Assembly (NCBI GenBank): GCA_030606285.1
Contig: JAUWGS010000005.1
Location: 2,716-66,715, forward strand
Reading direction: 5' to 3'
DNA: 64,000 bases
Source: Planctomycetales bacterium
GTDB taxonomy: Bacteria; 4484-113
The position numbers and the translations under genes are program-made. Of this stretch, positions 8,181 through 16,993 are shown piece by piece (position 1 is the stretch's first letter; the number at the start of each line of letters is the position of its first letter). The notes under the pieces are model-generated. The model searched no databases and was not told where the DNA came from. It saw only the letters and a list, made by a program, of their open reading frames with translations.

Positions 8181-8488
8181 GTAGGGGCAATTCACGAATT
8201 GCCCTCCCCGTCGGGTTCAGCCGCTTATCCAGGTTTATCCGCCTATGGAGGGCGGATGACCTTGAGGATAGCTGGCTAGAAAGCCGGCGCTACCCATCGT
8301 AGAGGCACGGCATGCCGTGCCCTCCCAACATGGAGTCGCGACTTTCCAGTCGCGATTCTATTGGTGGCAATTCGGGGCTAGAAAGCCCCGACTCCTCGGT
8401 TGGGGATTTTCCTGGCTACCGGCTATTTACCCGTCACTACGCGCCGCGCCACTCTTGTAGGGGCGATTCACGAATCGCCCTTTCTTCC
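8181..8488. repeat. BIME-like cluster of GTAG-headed hairpins: gtaggggcaattcacgaattgccc (8181), gctggctagaaagccggcgctacc (8271), gcacggcatgccgtgcc (8304), gtcgcgactttccagtcgcga (8339), cggggctagaaagccccgac (8378), gtaggggcgattcacgaatcgccc (8458)
   Basis: Each unit is a perfect inverted repeat and matches copies at 21134, 21170, 21240, 24612, 24742, 31655, 31730. Confidence 0.7.
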
Positions 8489-8542
8489 TCCCTCCTACTT
8501 CCTACGTCATACTTCCTACTCATCTTCTGCTACAATCTGCCT

Positions 8543-10072
8543 ATGAGCGAAGAGAAGTCACCGAAAACCAGCGTCATCTACTGCGGCGACTGCCTGGACG
8601 AACTCAAACGCCTGCCCGACAACTCCATAGACCTCGTCTACATCGACCCGCCGTTTAACTCCAACCGCAACTACGAGGTTTTCTGGGGCGACACGCAGCA
8701 GCGCCGCGCGTTCGAGGACCGCTTCGGCGACGCTAAGGCCTACTGCGAATACATGTTCCCCCGCATCGCCGAAATCTACCGCGTGCTCAAAAAGACCGGC
8801 AGCTTCTACTACCACTGCGACTGGCACGCCAGCCACTACATCAAGGTCAAGCTGCTCGATGAGATATTTGGATTCGGCAACTTCCAGAATGAGATTGTCT
8901 GGCTGAGAACAACAGGTCATAGCGATTCGCACAAATGGAACCACTCACACGACACGATTTTTCTTTATTCGAAAGGAGCTAGTTTCACCTTTAGACCTCA
9001 CTATATTCCTTACACTGCCGACCACATCGCGAAGTCGTTCAGGCACGTCGAGGAGGGCACTGGTCGCCGTTTCTCAATCGGTGACCTGATGGCGGCGGGC
9101 CTGCGCAAAGGGGAGTCAGGAAAACCATGGCGAGGCATTGACCCTGCGGAGCGTCGGGGGCATTGGCAGTATACAATTCAGAAGCTGGAGGAGCTAGACA
9201 AGGCCGGGCGCATTTACTGGCCACCCAGGGGAAGAGTGCCAAGACTGAAGAGGTACTTGGACGAAATGCCTGGTCGTCCTCTGAAATCTGTTTGGGACGA
9301 CATTTCTGTTGTCCAAGGGAGCGCTAAGGAAAGGCTAGGCTACCCCACCCAGAAGCCTCTTGCCCTTGTCGAGCGCATCGTCAAGGCATCCTCAAACGAA
9401 GGCGACATCGTACTCGATCCATTCTGCGGATGCGGGACGGCGCTCGTCGCAGCGCAGAAGCTCAACCGGCGCTGGATTGGCATTGACATTGCACCTTCGG
9501 CTTGCCGCGTGATGGGCGAGCGGCTGGAGCGTGATTGCGGCCTGAAGCGCAACCGCGACTTCATGATTGAGAATCTGCCAATCAGCGTAAAGCGCCTGCG
9601 CGAGCTTCCGCCGGACGAGTTCCAGGAATGGTGCGTTCACGCGCTCTCGCAGGGCATCCCCGGCAGCACGTCGGTCGTTTCGCCGACGATGAGTGGCGAT
9701 ATGGGTATAGATGGCAGGCTCTACCTCGTTGACCGCTTGAGCCTGAAAGCGGGCGCGAAGAAGGTCAAGAAGCTGAAGAAGGGCGAGCAGGTGCTGGCGT
9801 TCGACCCGCTGGAAAACTACATTCCCATTCAGGTGAAGCAGAAGGACAAAGTAGGCAGGCCGGACATTGACGAGTTCTACGCGGCGATAAAGCGGGACAA
9901 GCGCAACCGGGGCTTCTTCGCGGCGTTTGGCTATGCGGATACCGCGCGTAAGGAGTGCGAACGATGGTGGCTCGAAGAGCAAATTAGCATCCAGCTAGTC
10001 ACCGTCAAACAACTCATCGACCGCGACTTCCGCAAGGAGCTAGAATACATCAGGATGCTGGGAGGGGGGTAG
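8543..10072 (+). CDS. beta-class amino (N4-C/N6-A) DNA methyltransferase fused to a C-terminal Mrr-like (PD-(D/E)xK) restriction endonuclease-like domain; ORF-track start 8312 is a spurious extension across the repeat cluster
   Basis: DPPF (motif IV) near N-terminus followed later by VLDPFCGCGTALVAAQKL (motif I), which is the beta-class order; C-terminal GDMGIDGRLYL...IPIQVKQK resembles the Mrr catalytic core. Confidence 0.8.
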   Translation: MSEEKSPKTSVIYCGDCLDELKRLPDNSIDLVYIDPPFNSNRNYEVFWGDTQQRRAFEDRFGDAKAYCEYMFPRIAEIYRVLKKTGSFYYHCDWHASHYIKVKLLDEIFGFGNFQNEIVWLRTTGHSDSHKWNHSHDTIFLYSKGASFTFRPHYIPYTADHIAKSFRHVEEGTGRRFSIGDLMAAGLRKGESGKPWRGIDPAERRGHWQYTIQKLEELDKAGRIYWPPRGRVPRLKRYLDEMPGRPLKSVWDDISVVQGSAKERLGYPTQKPLALVERIVKASSNEGDIVLDPFCGCGTALVAAQKLNRRWIGIDIAPSACRVMGERLERDCGLKRNRDFMIENLPISVKRLRELPPDEFQEWCVHALSQGIPGSTSVVSPTMSGDMGIDGRLYLVDRLSLKAGAKKVKKLKKGEQVLAFDPLENYIPIQVKQKDKVGRPDIDEFYAAIKRDKRNRGFFAAFGYADTARKECERWWLEEQISIQLVTVKQLIDRDFRKELEYIRMLGGG

Positions 10073-10147
10073 GAAAAGAGGTAGAAAGTTATTCCAAATT
10101 CCGTTCAAGGTATAATATGGCAGTTCGCTTTCAACTAGGCGAAGCCG

Positions 10148-11086
10148 ATGAATAAGGACCCAAAGAGAACCGGTCATCGAATTAAAATAGAAATCGAAGG
10201 GTTCGGTGAAGAACCCGATATTACTCTTCGCCAACTCGTCAAGGCTTTGGGCGGAGTACAGAAATGCTTCTCGCAGTCCGCCGAGTACCACAAAAAGGGC
10301 GCGATTAAGACGAAAGGCAGGTACGAGAAGCTCGTTGCAGAGCTTGCCGAGCTTTACATAGTGAAGCTCAGTTCATCTGTGCCTATGGTTGAAGTAGAAA
10401 CCCGGCCTGGGCCGCCAGACCTTTTTGACACAGCAGAGCAAGTGTACGGAACTGTGAAAAACTGGCTCGTTCTTGCAGCTACTAAACCAACGATTGAAAA
10501 AGCAAAAGGGCTCATCCCTGATGAATCGCTAATGACGCAGTTGTTGGAGGCAACTCAAGATGTATTCCCGTCTGCTGGGCAGGAGTACAAGGCGAGAATA
10601 GCCTTTGAAGATGAACCTATAATAAGCTTCGATATTCATGGCCGCGACCGAATCGCCGCGCTTGCTAGCGGGTTTGAGGAAGCTGTAACGCCAGAAGTAA
10701 TAGAGGAAGAAGTAATAGTCACAGGTTTAGCCAGAATAACTTTTCCCGAAAAGCTACGTTTTAAGAAAGTGTATGAGATAGAGATGGCCACTCCAGAAGG
10801 AGTATTTATTGTCAGAACAAAACACCGAGAGTTTCATTTATATGGAGGCATTACGCCTAAGGTGTACATGAAATCTGGTCTTTGGCTATGGGAGTACGAG
10901 AGTTTAGGAATTATCGCTCACGGTGAAAGCCGGGATGAAGCTCGAGAAGCTTTTTATAACGAGTTCGCGTTCCTTTGGGATACGTACGCAGATGCAGATG
11001 ATAAAGAACTTACGGAAGATGCTAGGGAGCTCAAACGCAAATTACGGGAACTGGTATCCGAGGTTAAAGGGGCGATAAATGGCTGA
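10148..11086 (+). CDS. hypothetical protein with C-terminal HicB-like (UPF0150) antitoxin-fold domain and about 200-aa N-terminal domain of unknown function; low GC
   Basis: C-terminal LWEYESLGIIAHGESRDEAREAF fits the HicB pGc..GeT.eEA motif; 8-nt overlap with the next gene. Confidence 0.5.
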   Translation: MNKDPKRTGHRIKIEIEGFGEEPDITLRQLVKALGGVQKCFSQSAEYHKKGAIKTKGRYEKLVAELAELYIVKLSSSVPMVEVETRPGPPDLFDTAEQVYGTVKNWLVLAATKPTIEKAKGLIPDESLMTQLLEATQDVFPSAGQEYKARIAFEDEPIISFDIHGRDRIAALASGFEEAVTPEVIEEEVIVTGLARITFPEKLRFKKVYEIEMATPEGVFIVRTKHREFHLYGGITPKVYMKSGLWLWEYESLGIIAHGESRDEAREAFYNEFAFLWDTYADADDKELTEDARELKRKLRELVSEVKGAING

Positions 11087-11369
11087 GCTAAAGGGACGAG
11101 AGATCAACAATGCCCTTTTAAGCAAAGGATTTAGAAAGCACGAGAACGACCATACTTATTACGTGCTTTACATTAGAGGAAAGAGAACATCAATTAGAAC
11201 TAAGCTTAGCCACGGGTCCAGAGAATATAATGACACATTGCTCTCCCTTATAAAAAGGCAGCTCAGGATGCCTAGCTTGCAGTTCTTACTCGACTATGTA
11301 GACTGCAAAGCAGATAAGGAAGACTACGTTACGCATCTTATCGAGAAAGAGGAAATACGCTTCAGCTAA
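11079..11369 (+). CDS. HicA-like mRNA-interferase toxin-fold protein with short C-terminal extension
   Basis: LSKGF..H..YYVLYIRGKRTSIRTKLSHGSREYNDTLLSLIKRQL matches the HicA pattern (GF..H...kR..t.SHGs.e....l..I.kql); translationally coupled to the upstream gene. Confidence 0.5.
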   Translation: MAELKGREINNALLSKGFRKHENDHTYYVLYIRGKRTSIRTKLSHGSREYNDTLLSLIKRQLRMPSLQFLLDYVDCKADKEDYVTHLIEKEEIRFS

Positions 11370-11624
11370 TATCTCGCGTGCACGTAGAGGCTGCCACACG
11401 TCTCCAACGGCGTGCCGTGTACGCCGCAGGCGCATAAACCCCCCAATCCCTCACCCCTAATCTCTAGTCCCTCTCCAACAATTCCCAATCCCTGCCTATC
11501 CGTGCTTTCTTGTTCCCCGAAGGCGGGGCGCGGAGACCCCGCCCTACAGCACGCGCGGCATGCGCGGCATGCGCGGCGTGCGGAACGGACACGAACAAAT
11601 GGGGGTACGCCGATTAACAGTAAC

Positions 11625-11698
11625 TACGCCCGGCAGGATTCGAACCTGCGACTTTCTGCTTAGAAGGCAGATGCTCTATCCCCTGAGCTACGGGCGCG
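11625..11698 (-). tRNA. tRNA-Arg (anticodon TCT)
   Basis: The minus strand reads GCGCCCGTAGCTCAGGGGATAGAGCATCTGCCTTCTAAGCAGAAAGTCGCAGGTTCGAATCCTGCCGGGCGTA. It has a 7-bp acceptor stem, a GGTTCGAATCC T-loop and a CU-TCT-AA anticodon loop. Confidence 0.8.
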
Positions 11699-11750
11699 CG
11701 CTTCAATTATAACGAATGGGCGGAATGACCGCGCGAAGGCGCGTGACTTC

Positions 11751-12857
11751 TCACTTAGCCCGTCTGGAACCGGTGGCGGCTACAGGCGCGAAGTCGCGCT
11801 TGAATTCGGCCAGGCTGAACGTGAGCTCCTCCTCCTCGCCGGTCTCTACAATGACTTCGTCGGTGAGCATGTGCCAGTCCACCAGCTTACACTCCAGCCC
11901 GTCTGCGCGCCGCTTGAACGCACGCCCCGGCTTAACGCCCAGGAAATCCGCGAACTCCTTGTAGCTGTCCACTTCGTAGCGCAGGCAGCAGCGCGGCTTC
12001 CCGCACATGCCCGCCATCTTCGCGGGATTGTAGGACATCTTCTGCTGCTTCGCCAGCCGTGTGGGGACTTTTTGCGAAAACAGCTCCGGCTTCGCTTTGC
12101 AGCATAGCTCGCGCCCGCACGGCCCGAGAAACGGGTGGAACAAAAACTGGTCGCGCAGATTGAGCTGGTAGAGCTCGATGCGCCGGCGCAGTTTCGACGC
12201 CAGGGCTTTTACGAGCTGGCGGAAATCCACGCGCCCCTCGGCGTGGTAGTAAAACGTGATCTTCGTGCGCTCGTAGGAATGGTCGATGCCCACGAGCTTC
12301 ATCTGCAAGCTCTCGCCCGCAACCGCTTCAACGAATACGGCGCGAGCCTCGGCGTCAGTATCGGCGTTGCGCAGTATCTGCGCGAAATCGTCGGAGTCTG
12401 CCAGCCGCACAATCGCGCCCAGCGCCTTTGCGCCTTCGTCCGGCCATTGCTCGCCCAAAATCCCCAGGTCCAGACCGTAGTCGGCGTCCACGATGACCGT
12501 GCGGCCGGTGTGCTTCGCTAAATCCTGTGATGCAACGAACGGGTACTTGCGCCTGAGCTTGCCGATGCGCACGGCGAACGTCACCTGCTGTTTTTCGGCA
12601 TCTGCGCGGCCTTCCGGGTCGGGTTCCGGCTCGGCTTGCAGTGGCGCATCCGCAGCTTTCGGCGCGTCATCCACCGCGGGATCAATCGGCGATTCCGCAC
12701 GCGGCTCTTCGCGTGGCTTTGCAGGCGATTCCGCTGGCGTTTCGTCACGCGACTTGGCGCGTGGCTCTGCGCGCAGCTTGGAATCCGCACTATTGCCGTT
12801 CGCAGTCATTTCGTCAGTCATATCGTGCGCCGTTTGCGGCGGGTCACATTCTAGCAT
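11751..12857 (-). CDS. PSP1 C-terminal domain protein (YaaT/RicT-like) with low-complexity Pro/Glu/Ala-rich N-terminal extension; start uncertain (overlaps holB end)
   Basis: FAVRIGKLRRKYPF...ITFYYHAEGRVDFRQLVKALA...GPCGRELCCK and MAGMCGKPRCC Cys cluster typical of PSP1; lies downstream of holB as in Bacillus holB-yaaT. Confidence 0.75.
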   Translation of the reverse strand: MLECDPPQTAHDMTDEMTANGNSADSKLRAEPRAKSRDETPAESPAKPREEPRAESPIDPAVDDAPKAADAPLQAEPEPDPEGRADAEKQQVTFAVRIGKLRRKYPFVASQDLAKHTGRTVIVDADYGLDLGILGEQWPDEGAKALGAIVRLADSDDFAQILRNADTDAEARAVFVEAVAGESLQMKLVGIDHSYERTKITFYYHAEGRVDFRQLVKALASKLRRRIELYQLNLRDQFLFHPFLGPCGRELCCKAKPELFSQKVPTRLAKQQKMSYNPAKMAGMCGKPRCCLRYEVDSYKEFADFLGVKPGRAFKRRADGLECKLVDWHMLTDEVIVETGEEEELTFSLAEFKRDFAPVAATGSRRAK

Positions 12858-13965
12858 CCGGCAGCTTCGCGAGCAGGTAATCCACTACCTGCTCCTCACG
12901 TAAATTCACATCGAGGAAGCTCGTTGCCTGGCCGAAAAGCGGCGCGGCGGCTGACGCGTACGCCGGCCCGCCCTCGCTCTCCACGCGCCACATCGTCAGT
13001 TGCAGGCAGTCGAATACGAGCTGTAGCGCATCACGCCCCAGCTCACGCTTGCGCTCGTTCGTCATCGTCGGCGATGCTTCGTCGTCCATCGCGGGACGCG
13101 GACGGCGCCAGGGCAACAGGTAGTAGTTCTGCGGCACTTCGCCCTCCTCCACGCGCACCAGCGCGCTCTGCACCATATCAGCCAGCGCCAGCAGCGCATC
13201 GCCGAGCGGCACAAGCGCGCGCGCATCCGGCTGTTTGCGCAGCACGGCGGCGAACCGGCTCATTGTGCCTGCAAGTTTCGGCAGCAGATCGTCGTCCGTT
13301 AGCAGCGTTTTCGCCAGCCCCGGACGCCCCTGGCTGAAAAACGCGGCGTTCGCTGCCGCTGTTTCCGTCACGCCCTGATCGCGCAGCCACGTCTCCACCG
13401 ACTCGGTGGATTCGGGCAGAAAGCGCACGCGCAGCGACCGCGAGAGTATCGTGGGCAGCAGTAGCGACGGCCGGTCCGTTACGAGGATAAAAAGCGTGTG
13501 CTCCGGCGGCTCCTCCAAAAGCTTCAGCATCGTGTTGCTCAGATCCTCGCTCATCACGTGGCACTCTTCGAGCAGGAAAAACCGGTACGGCAGGTAGCTG
13601 GGATACAAATACGCCACGCGAAACGAGTTGTGCTCCTCGCGCACGTATTTGAGCGTAAGCTTCGCGGTTTTGGGCCGGATGCCCACGAAATCCGAGCTGT
13701 TTCCCGTCTCCAGCGCCTTGCAGTGCGCGCATTCCCCACAGGGCTTGAGCCCGTGCGCCCCACCCTCGTTTTGCTGGCACACCAGCGATTTCACGAACAG
13801 GTACCCCGCAAGCGCTTTGCCGAGCCCACCGGGCCCGGTCAGCAGCACGGTTGAGGGCAACGAGCCGCGCGCTGTCAGCCGCTCAAGGAACTTCAGCGCA
13901 ACCTCGTTTCCGTGAAACTGCGGGATTTTCAGCATTTCGCCCGCCACGCCGCCATTATACGCCAT
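12844..13965 (-). CDS. holB: DNA polymerase III subunit delta'
   Basis: Walker A-like LLTGPGGLGKALAGY and the zinc module CGECAHC; AAA+ clamp-loader architecture. Confidence 0.85.
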   Translation of the reverse strand: MAYNGGVAGEMLKIPQFHGNEVALKFLERLTARGSLPSTVLLTGPGGLGKALAGYLFVKSLVCQQNEGGAHGLKPCGECAHCKALETGNSSDFVGIRPKTAKLTLKYVREEHNSFRVAYLYPSYLPYRFFLLEECHVMSEDLSNTMLKLLEEPPEHTLFILVTDRPSLLLPTILSRSLRVRFLPESTESVETWLRDQGVTETAAANAAFFSQGRPGLAKTLLTDDDLLPKLAGTMSRFAAVLRKQPDARALVPLGDALLALADMVQSALVRVEEGEVPQNYYLLPWRRPRPAMDDEASPTMTNERKRELGRDALQLVFDCLQLTMWRVESEGGPAYASAAAPLFGQATSFLDVNLREEQVVDYLLAKLPDARM

Positions 13966-14010
13966 CGCGATTGGCGCATTGGACGCTGGAGGTCTAGCCT
14001 TTTAACCGGC

Positions 14011-14502
14011 TCATTGCCGTCTGGCGGGCAGGAAATAGATGACGAACAGCGCCGCGATACAGAATGTAAGCACGGCGTTCAAGTAGCGCGCAGGGTCTCT
14101 CGAAGGAATGAAATTGTAGTGGCGGTGCATATAGCCGGTATAAACCATGTATCCTACAAACAGGATGAGGATCAGGTATGCAAGCGCGCGCGTGGCCGCT
14201 CTGGACGTGGCGAATGTGGTGATTCGCTCCCAAAGGGTCGACGGTGTGGGTAAGTAATAACGCGTGTCGATCACCTTTTCTTCCTTCTTCAGTCCATGCC
14301 CAGTGATGAGTATATACAGCATCATGAGCCAGAGTCCGATTTGGATTATGGACCACCAGTCTATTTCGTGGGAGGACTGGTAGTCCCTGACGAGGAAGCG
14401 AACGTAAAAGACCAGCACCACTGCAAAGACGACGCCATATATCATCCGAGCAGTCACGCTCATTGCGCTGTGTTTCTTACCTCCTAAGCCATTATAGGAC
14501 AT
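14011..14502 (-). CDS. hypothetical small membrane protein (about 4 TM)
   Basis: ORF track; four hydrophobic helices; moderate-GC coding-like sequence. Confidence 0.5.
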   Translation of the reverse strand: MSYNGLGGKKHSAMSVTARMIYGVVFAVVLVFYVRFLVRDYQSSHEIDWWSIIQIGLWLMMLYILITGHGLKKEEKVIDTRYYLPTPSTLWERITTFATSRAATRALAYLILILFVGYMVYTGYMHRHYNFIPSRDPARYLNAVLTFCIAALFVIYFLPARRQ

Positions 14503-14584
14503 CGTTGCGCAGCGCGCTCAATTGTGCGATGCCACGCGTCGCGCGTGGCCTATCTTCACGTGGGAGTTCGCGGCGCGGAGCGTC

Positions 14585-15300
14585 CGCAAGCAGGATGTAG
14601 GAAGTAGTGAGTAGTAGGGGAAGAGGCCCGGTAGCGCCGGCTTTCCAGCCGGTAATTGCCAGACCGGAGAGAGGTACCGAGGGTGTACAAAGTGCGGCGG
14701 CGCTTTTTGGGCGGCGCAGGCGGAGCGCTGCTAGGGATTAGGGGAGAGGGATTAGGGCTTGGAGATGGGGAACCCCCATTGGGTAGGCCGGGCTCACCAG
14801 CCCGGCTCTTCCGCCGAGATTCCCGGTAGTCCAGGGCCTTAGCCCTGGTCTTGTCGTCCGAAGAGCCAGCCCTGAAGGCCTGCCCGCCAGGGCGGGGCTG
14901 GACTACCGAATCATCACCACCCTCATTAGAGGGCACGGCGTGCCGTGCCCCTACAGGGGAATCTTCGTTTTCTGAATCAGGCGGGGCGCGGAGACCCCGC
15001 CCTACAGGGGGATCACCGGTCTGGGCCGCGTCCAGGCGTTTCTGGGTCTCGGTGCAGAGCTTCTGGATGCGCGCAACGAGGCGCGCCCAGGGCTCGAGGA
15101 TCTGAGTCTCTTCGTCGGACATGCAAACTACGGAAACCGCGTCTTCGAGCGTGCGAATAGATGTAGATTCCGGTTGTAGGGCGGCCACCCGTGGGCCGCC
15201 GTTCCCCGATTTTGCGTTATGAAGATGGCGGGGCACCCTCCTTCGTCCCACCAAACGGGACTTCAGCGGGCAAGCAGGTCCCCGCCCTACAGAAGAGGAT
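14585..15300. repeat. large mosaic REP/BIME-like cluster with GTAG-rich and GGGATTAGGG-type elements: ggtagcgccggctttccagccgg (14629), gctagggattaggggagagggattaggg (14731), ggtaggccgggctcaccagcccggctc (14782), ggtagtccagggccttagccctgg (14826), gcacggcgtgccgtgcc (14934), ggcggggcgcggagaccccgccctacag (14980), gtagggcggccacccgtgggccgccg (15175), gtccccgccctacag (15279)
   Basis: Every listed unit is self-complementary and matches copies at other loci; the 370-aa ORF 14556-15668 crossing them is likely spurious. Confidence 0.65.
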
Positions 15301-15829
15301 TCAAGTCTTGGCCACTGGGTATCCGTATCCACCGAAGCGGGTTTGCCCGACTGGACATCCGACATCATCCCTGTAAGCGTCTTCGCGCAGGAGATTGCGT
15401 CTTTGGCGGAGCATTTCTCTATGGCGTCGGGCTCGGATGCGCGGGCCAAGTACAATTTCAGCAAATCCGCAAGCTGCGAATGTAACTTCCCTGAGTCAAA
15501 AACCAGATCCTCACCGAGTACGCCGGGCTCACTAGCCCGGCTCTTGGGTGAATCCGTGCATTCGTCGTTTTCAGAGCGGCGCTGGTGAGCCCTCCGGCCA
15601 CGCGCGGCGCGTGGTGGCGGGCAAGCACCGCGTACCCTGTTTTGTCGCATTTCTGGCGCGTCAGACATATCTTTCGCGTATTTCTACGCTCACTTACTAT
15701 TATAGCAGTTTCTGGCAAAAAGCGGACACCATTTCGGCGGGAATTTTGGATTTAGTGGTCTGCTATCTGTTGTCAGTCGTCAGAAAGATGTAGGGAATCA
15801 CGGGCGAGCCGCCCGCGCCACTACAGAGA

Positions 15830-16993
15830 CTACTTGAGGGCTTCTTCTTTCCCGGTGTATTCCCGGTCAAAGCGAAGAGAAGCCTGCACCTCCGGAGGAA
15901 GCAGTGAACGGCCTTCCGTCACCAGCTCGGCGACGTTCATCCCCGTTCCCGGCCCCATCATAAACCCTTGGCCGCACATCCCGACCGCCAGTGTCAGTCC
16001 GGGAACCGACTCCGCGTTGTCCACGATGGGAACACCGTCGGGCGTCATTGGATAGCAGCCACGCCAGACCCGGCGCACGAGAAGGTGGCGCATCCGCGGA
16101 ATCAGCGACACCATTCGCCGGGCAAGAACCGGCAGGAACTCGCTGAGCGACTCGCGGTTATCACCCTTGAACAGCTCTTTTGGCGTGTAGCAGAAGATGA
16201 TTGCCCCGTCGGCAACCTGGCCGAAGTAGAAGTTCGCCGTCTTGCCTTCCGGCCCGGGACGGAGGTCTACAATCAGCGGCTTCAGGAATTCCTCGACGGG
16301 CATCGTTATACCAGCTTCGTGGCTGTCCGGCTCAACCGGTATTTTCACGCCCAACAGTTCGCTGTGCCTGCCGGCGTCAGCCCCCGCCGCCAGCACCACA
16401 TGTGGCGCCGAGTACTCTGCTGCTGTGGTTCGCACACCGGTGATGCTATCCCCACTTCGCACGTACGCGACAACGGGCTCGTTGAAACGGAACTCCGCCC
16501 CGAGTTCCATCGCGGCACGCTCAAAAGCCACCGCAGCTTTCAGCGGACTGACCTGGCCGTCTTCGGGCGAAAAAGTACCGCCCCTCAGACCTTCACGCTC
16601 AATGCCGGGCACAAGGTCGGCTATAGCATCGGCATCCACCCAGTCTATGTTCAATCCGTAGCTTTTCTGGAGCGGAAGGATACCCCTGAGAACACCTTCT
16701 ATTTCCTCGCTGTAGACCGGAAAGCAGTACCCGCCCGGCTTCCAGTCGATATCCACGCCGTGTGTTTCCTTCCACGTGGAGAACTCGCGCAGTGATTCCT
16801 GGCAGATGAGGATTTTCGCCGGATCGGAGTGAGTGGCGCGTACGCCTCCAATGGCCGCCTTGTTTTCGCCCTGACCGACAGCCGGGCGCTTGTCCAGCGC
16901 AAGCACCTTCAGGCCTTTGCGCGCAAGGTAGTAGGCGGAAGGAACGCCCACACTCCCGCAGCCCACCACAATTGCGTCAAAGGTTTGTGCCAT
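15830..16993 (-). CDS. FAD-dependent oxidoreductase, sarcosine oxidase beta / HcnC / OoxB-like
   Basis: N-terminal dinucleotide fold FDAIVVGCGSVGVPSAYYLARKGLKVLALDK; DAO-family length and conservation. Confidence 0.8.
   Translation of the reverse strand: MAQTFDAIVVGCGSVGVPSAYYLARKGLKVLALDKRPAVGQGENKAAIGGVRATHSDPAKILICQESLREFSTWKETHGVDIDWKPGGYCFPVYSEEIEGVLRGILPLQKSYGLNIDWVDADAIADLVPGIEREGLRGGTFSPEDGQVSPLKAAVAFERAAMELGAEFRFNEPVVAYVRSGDSITGVRTTAAEYSAPHVVLAAGADAGRHSELLGVKIPVEPDSHEAGITMPVEEFLKPLIVDLRPGPEGKTANFYFGQVADGAIIFCYTPKELFKGDNRESLSEFLPVLARRMVSLIPRMRHLLVRRVWRGCYPMTPDGVPIVDNAESVPGLTLAVGMCGQGFMMGPGTGMNVAELVTEGRSLLPPEVQASLRFDREYTGKEEALK

Noticed and set aside
8312-8542. N-terminal 77-aa extension of the methyltransferase ORF
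   Set aside because: It reads straight through the REP/BIME hairpin cluster (8336-8488). The real start is ATG 8543, where MTase homology begins.
11412-11663. 83-aa Pro/Ser-rich ORF overlapping the tRNA-Arg region
   Set aside because: It covers a C-rich repeat tract and the tRNA gene on the opposite strand; not coding.
12135-13337. Multiple ORFs (12135-12521, 12493-12903, 12924-13337, etc.) overlapping holB and the PSP1 gene
   Set aside because: Antisense or alternate-frame artefacts with Ala/Arg/Ser-rich translations. The holB and PSP1 frames carry the recognisable motifs.
14556-15668. 370-aa minus-strand ORF
   Set aside because: Most of it runs through at least eight recognisable palindromic repeat units, and its translation is low-complexity (Pro/Arg/Ser/Gly). 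Only the 15050-15520 part looks codon-like, and no domain or RBS was found. It is treated as a repeat-rich intergenic region, possibly with a small unknown ORF.
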